Source: Candidatus Bathyarchaeota archaeon
GTDB taxonomy: Archaea > Thermoproteota > Bathyarchaeia > 40CM-2-53-6
NCBI GenBank assembly: GCA_963835925.1
Contig: CAWIHH010000004.1
Location: forward strand, 14,452-78,451
DNA: 64,000 nt
Direction of reading: 5' to 3'
Shown here in pieces: positions 58,197-64,000 of the stretch (the first letter of the stretch is position 1; each line of letters starts with the position of its first letter). The position numbers and the translations under genes were made by a program. Under the pieces are notes generated by a model. It ran no database searches. It was not told where the DNA came from and was given only the letters and a program-made list of their open reading frames with translations.

Positions 58197-59612
58197 TCAG
58201 TTAAGGTTGTAGAACGGCGTGGCCATTGTGAGACGGAGTGTCTCTCGCATTCTGTCAGGGGGATTCGCGATCGTGTTGGTGGAGGTTTGAACAGATCCGA
58301 CGACTTCTTGCGGAAGCTCGTTTTGGCAGAGAACTTGCGCGATTTCCCCGGCATAGGTTTCAGTAGAAGTGGAAGGAACGTTGGTTGGGTTTTGAATTGT
58401 GAGTGGAAAGTTGATTCTGTCAAGCATAGTGGAGGTGTTGATCCAAGCCAATCCGCTGGGCCAACCGAAGACCGAAGGGGGGTTGAAGGGAAGTTGTCCC
58501 ATGTTGTTCAGAGTTGAGACGGCGGTCGCGGGAGTAACTGTGGCACCTAGAGAGCGCAGTGCTGCGACCATGTACTCCACTGGACTCTTTACCTGAGCTA
58601 GGTAGGCCTGCGCGGATAGAAACTCGTCGGAGGTAAGAATGCTTTGCACGATGGCTTTGATGTTCCCGTTTGTATTCGTGTAAACATTGGCGAGCCTATC
58701 GATGGTCTCATTTGATGGGTTGTCGTACGCGAGGTATTGAAAGAGTTCTGTGACTATTGTTCTTGCTGTGCCAGGGTGATTAGCCAGGATTTTCACTACG
58801 TCTTCGGGGCCTAGGTCGCCCGTGTGGCCCAAGAATGTCTTTGAGCCCGTGTCGTGAAATCGAGGTTGAAAGTTCACGTTACCCTGGCTGTCAAGCGTGT
58901 ATCCGGTGAAGGCTTTTGCGGCTGCTTTCACATCATCTTCAGTATAATAGCCTCTTCCCATCGTGAAGATTTCCATGACTTCCCTTCCGTAGTTTTCGTT
59001 TGGGGCAGATTTTCTGTTCTGGGCTCCGTCTAGCCAGATGAGCATCGCAGGGTCTTCGGTGATCCCCATTAGGAGATTCTCAAAATTGTCCATCCCCTTG
59101 CTTCGCAGCAATTGATTCTGTTTGAACATCAGGTACGGGCTTTTGACTTTGTATATGGCCGTAGCGAAGTGGTTGTGCCAGAACAAAGTCATTTTTTCTT
59201 CAAGAGGTCTAGGTGTCTTGATCATGCGATCGAGCCACCACCAGACTAGGTTGACAATCTCGCCCTGCGTCGTTTTCTTTTCGTATGTCATCGTCACGTT
59301 CGGCTGGCTTGGAAGGTTGCTGTCATCGATTGAATCGTAATTCAGCAACTGATCAACGGATTGTTCGAATCCGAGCTGGGAATAGCTTGACAGCTCATCC
59401 GGCGACTCTCCGAACCCAACTCTCCTCAGCAGGTGTGGAAGTTGCCATTCGGAGTCAATTGCTGCATCTGGAGTGGTTAGAGTGGCCTGTGGTTGTGTAC
59501 TGATCGATTTGACGGAAGCGTCCGATATTTTCAGAAAGCTTGACCCGACATAACCCGCTGCTGCGACTCCTGAAGTGAGAAGAGCGATTTTCAGAAACCC
59601 TCGGCGATTCAT
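58197..59612 (-). CDS. DUF1800 protein
   Basis: Signal/TM N-terminus, HLLRRVGFG and LFWHNHFAT motifs. It sits upstream of DUF1501, which is the usual pairing. Confidence 0.7.
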   Translation of the reverse strand: MNRRGFLKIALLTSGVAAAGYVGSSFLKISDASVKSISTQPQATLTTPDAAIDSEWQLPHLLRRVGFGESPDELSSYSQLGFEQSVDQLLNYDSIDDSNLPSQPNVTMTYEKKTTQGEIVNLVWWWLDRMIKTPRPLEEKMTLFWHNHFATAIYKVKSPYLMFKQNQLLRSKGMDNFENLLMGITEDPAMLIWLDGAQNRKSAPNENYGREVMEIFTMGRGYYTEDDVKAAAKAFTGYTLDSQGNVNFQPRFHDTGSKTFLGHTGDLGPEDVVKILANHPGTARTIVTELFQYLAYDNPSNETIDRLANVYTNTNGNIKAIVQSILTSDEFLSAQAYLAQVKSPVEYMVAALRSLGATVTPATAVSTLNNMGQLPFNPPSVFGWPSGLAWINTSTMLDRINFPLTIQNPTNVPSTSTETYAGEIAQVLCQNELPQEVVGSVQTSTNTIANPPDRMRETLRLTMATPFYNLN

Positions 59613-59824
59613 TTTTTTTGACCAGCTCCGAAATATCTTCTAAGAGGAGGCGATTTTGCAGATTAGCAAACGTTAGTTAAGACGTTATAAAAGCGATCTG
59701 GACGAATCGTTCATGCGCCCAATTAGTATTGAAACTTAGGATGTCGCGACCTGCAATTTTTCCGGATTCCGGGGAGCCAGCGTCCCCACTGAAGACGTAG
59801 TATGAAGACCAGAATATTATCGGG

Positions 59825-60286
59825 CTAGGAGTTCAAGTTAGTCGATAGAGGTTGTCGGAAGTTGGCCGTTGTGAGGGATCGATGTGTGTGCTTCGGTATT
59901 CTTCGTTCAGTATCTTCCTTGTCTCGCACACTCAACACAACGGCGGCCATGTGATGGAACCGTCTCCAAACCCTTAGCGCCCGATATAGCCCAAGAAATA
60001 GACACAGGCTACCCGCCAGTACCAATCCTGACCTAAACACTGCAAAAACATCAGAGTTGGCGAATGGAGAGACTTCGGACCATAGAGGTTGGCTAAAGGC
60101 GAGAAAAATTACTCCCAGAAAAATTGGAAGCCAAGGCTCTTCCAACAAACCCTCTTTGTATAACGTAATCAGACGTATCGAGAGCACGGCACACAAGAGA
60201 AGGAAGCCAGTCGCCATGACTCTCATTACATAGACAAGGTCAATGGTTTCAAAGTACATACTTTGGCACAGGGCGAGAACACTCAT
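59825..60286 (-). CDS. hypothetical membrane protein (4 TM)
   Basis: 153-aa hydrophobic ORF. Confidence 0.35.
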   Translation of the reverse strand: MSVLALCQSMYFETIDLVYVMRVMATGFLLLCAVLSIRLITLYKEGLLEEPWLPIFLGVIFLAFSQPLWSEVSPFANSDVFAVFRSGLVLAGSLCLFLGLYRALRVWRRFHHMAAVVLSVRDKEDTERRIPKHTHRSLTTANFRQPLSTNLNS

Positions 60287-60451
60287 TCTGATCTCATATT
60301 TATCAATAGACTATCAGGCTGAGCACACCTTGGCCCGAAACGACATTATCCGTAAGGTGGCCGCCCGTTTTGAGGCGCAAATCAAGCGGAAAGGGTATCC
60401 TAACGCCCAGACCTACTTACGGTTCGTTGTTCTCTGTTCGGGCGGTGGACG

Positions 60452-60838
60452 TCACGGATCCGAGGGCGGGGTGATCTCAACGAATTGAAGTTGGGGAAGG
60501 GCTGCGGTGATGTTGCTCATCACATCGTTATGACTTTCCAGCTTTGTGCTCAGTAGAAGTAGTTTCTTCTCTGTAAGAGGTGCGAGAATGAGGCCTGCAT
60601 TTTCATATTTGATTCCGACGAGTTTAGATTTTTTGCCTCCGAGTTGTGTTGCGGCTCCGAGGATTATTATCGGCGCCGACAGGCCTTCCTCGCTCGCGTG
60701 GGAGATCCTGTCTGCTAGGAGCCTAAGCCCGGTTCTAGATGTTTCATCAACGACCTCATAACTTCCATCTTTCTCCTCTATGATGTAGACTTCGTGTATA
60801 TCCCTATGAAGCGCTAGGATATAATTCGCGAAACCCAT
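60452..60838 (-). CDS. hypothetical protein, possibly Roadblock/LC7-like
   Basis: 128-aa ORF with an alpha/beta pattern. The family assignment is weak. Confidence 0.3.
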   Translation of the reverse strand: MGFANYILALHRDIHEVYIIEEKDGSYEVVDETSRTGLRLLADRISHASEEGLSAPIIILGAATQLGGKKSKLVGIKYENAGLILAPLTEKKLLLLSTKLESHNDVMSNITAALPQLQFVEITPPSDP

Positions 60839-61018
60839 TCCTAAGCGCCTCCAACGTGTTCAGACATGAAACCAGTCATCCAGCCGGATGCTTATCTACC
60901 GCAAACCTAACAACCCATGGGGGATAGGAAGAAGTTGTGAAATGTGTTTCTAGAAGAAAGATCCACCCCGGCGGGGTCGCCTCAAGTTTGACGTTCAACG
61001 ATCCCTTGAAAACTAGGC

Positions 61019-61441
61019 TTAGGGTGTGGCTTTCAGGCTACTCTCGAGGGCTCGTTTCTTCGTCTCAACCACCTCGGCATGTTTCTGGAGTTCGTTGAAA
61101 TCCTGCAAGAACGCACGCCCCTTCTCCGTAGCCACGTACACCTTATCCTCCCCGTTCTTGTTGATGTCCAACAGGCCGAGGTTGACGAGCAATTCCAAAT
61201 ACTTCTGCAAAAGGTCGAAGCTCAAATTCCCTAGGTACATGATCCTGGTCTTTCGTGAGCCGTTTTTGGCGATTTGGAGGATGCCTGCGGCTATCTCCAT
61301 CCGATTCCTGTACGGCCTTTTCTGCAGATTGTTGTGTTCCAAGTTGTTCCCGTTTGCACGTGAAAGCCAAGAGTGGAGTAACCGGGGGTTGAAAAGGAGA
61401 TTGTGGAAGACTTTTCTAGAACATTCTTCCGCACTGTCCAT
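61019..61441 (-). CDS. winged-helix DNA-binding protein (HTH_45/PF14947-like)
   Basis: RNRMEIAAGILQIAKNGSRKTRIMYLGNLSFDLLQKYLELLVNLGLL..YVATEKGRAFL. Confidence 0.6.
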   Translation of the reverse strand: MDSAEECSRKVFHNLLFNPRLLHSWLSRANGNNLEHNNLQKRPYRNRMEIAAGILQIAKNGSRKTRIMYLGNLSFDLLQKYLELLVNLGLLDINKNGEDKVYVATEKGRAFLQDFNELQKHAEVVETKKRALESSLKATP

Positions 61442-61633
61442 TCACCCGTGCACGAATCTGGCCCTATTCTCGAACAAAGAACGCGGAGAGATTTCTCGCC
61501 ACTTCGCTCGGCTGCTGGCCCTTTTCTAGTCGAAGGATTCAGACAATCATCTAAATCGTGAGGGCGAGATTCGGTATCGTACGGATTTGTAGAGGCGTGT
61601 GTCTAATTGTTGAGGCTGTAGCTTGGGAGAGGC

Positions 61634-61972
61634 TCATTTGCGCAGTATGTCTTCGCCGTAGGCGCTTGAAAGGCGTGAGTAGTCTTTCAGAAAGCTGATT
61701 CCCTTCTCTGTAACCTTGTACATTCGACTCCCACTCCCTTCGTCGATAAACTGTGAAAGCATATCGTTGTCTTGGAGGAATTTTAGATACTTTTCCAATT
61801 GCCTGTGACTTAGATTGGCCTTGTACATTATGTGAGTTTTCAAAGTTGCATGTTCGGCAACGTCTAGTATGCTTGCCAAGATCTCGACCCGTGTTCTATT
61901 AGCGACGATTGGCGGCGCATGTTCTAGAGAATACAGCGTTAATCTACCTAATCCGAAGCACGTATATCGCAA
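61634..61972 (-). CDS. winged-helix DNA-binding protein, paralog of 61019-61441
   Basis: RTRVEILASILDVAEHATLKTHIMYKANLSHRQLEKYLKFLQDNDML..YKVTEKGISFL is collinear with the neighbouring gene. Confidence 0.6.
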   Translation of the reverse strand: MRYTCFGLGRLTLYSLEHAPPIVANRTRVEILASILDVAEHATLKTHIMYKANLSHRQLEKYLKFLQDNDMLSQFIDEGSGSRMYKVTEKGISFLKDYSRLSSAYGEDILRK

Positions 61973-62070
61973 GATCGTGACTTTAAATCCACCGTTTTAC
62001 ACGTAGGAAGATCAGTGCGAGAATCCTTCTGTCGGTGCAGCATTTAGGTTCTTGTTTAGTTTTTTCAAAA

Positions 62071-62586
62071 CTAATCTACAACGAGTAGAATCGCATCTTT
62101 CTTCACAGTCTCGCCTTCACGAACGTGAACCCTGACCACTCGTCCTGTGGAGGGAGAGGTGATCTCATTCAGCATCTTCATCGCCTCCAATATCAAAAGT
62201 GGAGTCCCCTGCTCTACCGCTTCGCCTTCTCGCACTAGAACGCTGGTAACATGGCCAGGCATCAACGCTCTAATCTCGCCTCCAAATTTTCCTCCTTCAG
62301 TCCGTTCCAATAATCCGGAGGTGGTTATTGTTGCTGCAACTTGTACCACAATCTGGAAGGGCAAACCAGCAAGCCACACTTCCATTCTACCATTCTGTAG
62401 AATTCTACAGTCCGCGTGAATCGTTTCATTGCCGCAATGCACGACCCACGTTGAAATGCTCCCCTCCCCTAGGGATTCAGCGTCGAAAACCTCTCCATCC
62501 AAAACAACTCGAAACATGTTTTCTTCTATCGTTTCGGCTGATACGGCGTGGGACCTGTCGTTCACCTGAACTTTGTAACTGCGCAC
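62071..62586 (-). CDS. accB: biotin carboxyl carrier protein
   Basis: C-terminal lipoyl-like domain with the EAMKMLNEI biotinyl-lysine motif. Confidence 0.85.
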   Translation of the reverse strand: MRSYKVQVNDRSHAVSAETIEENMFRVVLDGEVFDAESLGEGSISTWVVHCGNETIHADCRILQNGRMEVWLAGLPFQIVVQVAATITTSGLLERTEGGKFGGEIRALMPGHVTSVLVREGEAVEQGTPLLILEAMKMLNEITSPSTGRVVRVHVREGETVKKDAILLVVD

Positions 62587-62590
62587 TCCC

Positions 62591-64000
62591 CTACCTCACC
62601 TCTCTTGAAGGCCATCGTTCTCTTCCAGCCCATCGCCACCTTGACAGTGGTTCGCGGACGCTGGCGGTCGGGGGTATTGTTGGGCTTCTCATTTTCCCCG
62701 CTACGGCAGCGACCACAGCGAACTTCTCGAGATGCGAAAAATTCGCATTCATGCGCGGGAGCAAGTCGTTGATGTATGTTGTATGAAAGTCGCCTCGAAC
62801 GAACCGGTCGTCGCGCATTAGCGTTTGATGCAGGATTATTGTCGTTGGCACGCCGAGGATTTGAATTTCGTCAAGGGCAACGCTCATCCGGTCGATTGCT
62901 TCCGATCGATTTCTACCCCAGGCAGCAAGCTTGGCCACCATGGAATCATAATATTCGGAAACCGTGCAACCTGGAAAGAGAGCTGAATCCACTCGGATAC
63001 CCGGTCCGGCGGGAACGTTGTACTGAATTACGGTGCCCGGGGAGGGGATGAAGTTTCGCCGTGGGTCTTCAGCGTTTATTCGACAATTGATCGCCCAGCC
63101 GTTCACTCGCACCTCATTCTGCGAAAAGCTCAGCCCCGACTTTGAGGCTACGTTGAGCTGTTCCTCAACCAGGTCCACGCCAGTCGTCAGTTCGGTGACG
63201 AGATGTTCAACCTGGAGCCGTTTGTTAACTTCGAGAAAGTAGAAGGATCCAGACGTGTCGAGTAGAAATTCAACTGTGCCAACGTTCGTGTAGCCCGCCG
63301 CCAAGAGTCCTTTCTTGGCCGCCTTGTCGAGTTGCTCGCCGAAGGTCTGGGTTTAGAGCGATCGAGGGTGCTTCTTCAAGCAGCTTCTGATGTCTACGCT
63401 GTATGCTGCACTCCCTCTCGCCTAAACTTACTACGTTTCCCGATTCGTCTGCGACCAGTTGAATTTCCACGTGGCGAGGCTTATCCAGGTGCTTTTCGAT
63501 GTATATCTCATCCTTTCCAAATGAGGAAAGCGCCTCTTGCCTTGCGATCCGAAAGAACCTACGAGCCTCCTCGGTGGTGGTGGCTATTCGCATGCCCCGA
63601 CCGCCGCCCCCATAGACCGCTTTCAAAATAACCGGGTATCCAATCTCCTCAGAAACTCTCACAGCTTCCTCCTCGTCCTTTACACGCTCGTCGGAGCCTG
63701 GAATTACGGGCACTCCAGCTTCTTTCATGGTTTTTCTAGCAAGGAGTTTGCTCCCAAGCTTCTCCAGAGCTTTGCCGGATGGGCCGATGAAAATCAGGCG
63801 GTTCTCTTCACACGCTTTCACGAAATTCTCGTCTTCTGAGAGGAACCCGTATCCAGGGTGAATTGCGTCGCATCCCGTTTCCATCGCTGCACGAATAAGT
63901 TTGGGGATGTTTAGGTAGGTTTCTGAAGGCGTGGCTCCCTCCAATGCGTATCGCTCGTCGGCGAACTGTAATGGAAGAGATTCTCGGTCTGGTTCTGAGT
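62591..64000 (-). CDS. accC: biotin carboxylase (acetyl/propionyl-CoA carboxylase subunit), 5' end beyond the window, frameshift near 63300
   Basis: Motifs HPGYGFLSE, GYPVILKAVYGGGGRGMR and FLEVNKRLQVEH. The frame is open to position 64000. The two halves (63270-63944 and 62591-63304) are in different frames. Confidence 0.85.

Noticed and set aside
774-61529. Numerous 60-170-aa ORFs antisense to, or overlapping, long recognisable genes. Examples are 774-1040, 16195-16644, 31114-31557, 38498-39007, 50755-51150, 57218-57673 and 61026-61529.
   Set aside because: Each lies inside a confidently assigned gene on the other strand or in another frame and shows biased, low-complexity composition.

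Overview
All calls rest on reading the six-frame translations and DNA by eye; no searches were run. The window looks like an archaeal chromosome segment of about 50% GC. It is probably an ammonia-oxidising Nitrososphaeria (Thaumarchaeota) lineage. That placement is an inference from biotin carboxylase plus biotin carrier genes, a thiolase/DUF35 pair, split MetE-like genes with MetF, an archaeal RibD-type reductase, a MenA-like prenyltransferase, a PEF-CTERM tail and tandem small wHTH genes.

Layout:
- 0.1-11.7 kb: a surface-glycan or lipid modification cluster. It holds two radical SAM enzymes, GT4 and GT-C glycosyltransferases, a CE4 deacetylase, and an adenylation/carrier/thioesterase-like protein translationally coupled to an Sfp-type PPTase.
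- 12-14 kb: surface proteins.
- 14-19 kb: core metabolism (thiolase/DUF35, metE-like x2, metF).
- 19.8-26.7 kb: a flippase, a decayed rfbBDCA dTDP-rhamnose set and a galE-like gene.
- 28.9-35 kb: a toxin-antitoxin island with four apparently intact modules and at least four remnants, plus a truncated copy of the flippase.
- 35-40.6 kb: housekeeping genes.
- 40.9-46.2 kb: a second glycosylation cluster.
- 46.3-50.3 kb: a mobile-element scar. It contains a 5'-truncated nhaP, a repeat-containing RHH gene, a Cas1/casposase-like pseudogene with a C-terminal HTH, and a polytopic membrane protein ending in an integrase-like domain that lacks the catalytic residues.
- 50.6-59.6 kb: secreted, Tat-exported and zinc-ribbon proteins.
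- 60-64 kb: wHTH paralogs and accB/accC.

Two window-wide signals stand out:
- A previously unannotated intergenic repeat family has at least 11 copies. Each copy combines GCGAGC direct repeats, a GTGTGTGTGG tract, a GGTGCGAGCA box and AATTTGAA, with alternating purine-pyrimidine runs.
- Roughly a quarter of the genes carry frameshifts, in-frame stops, deletions or truncations. Affected genes include presumably essential ones, so technical indels and real decay must be separated.

I recognised no rRNA gene, tRNA gene or CRISPR array.
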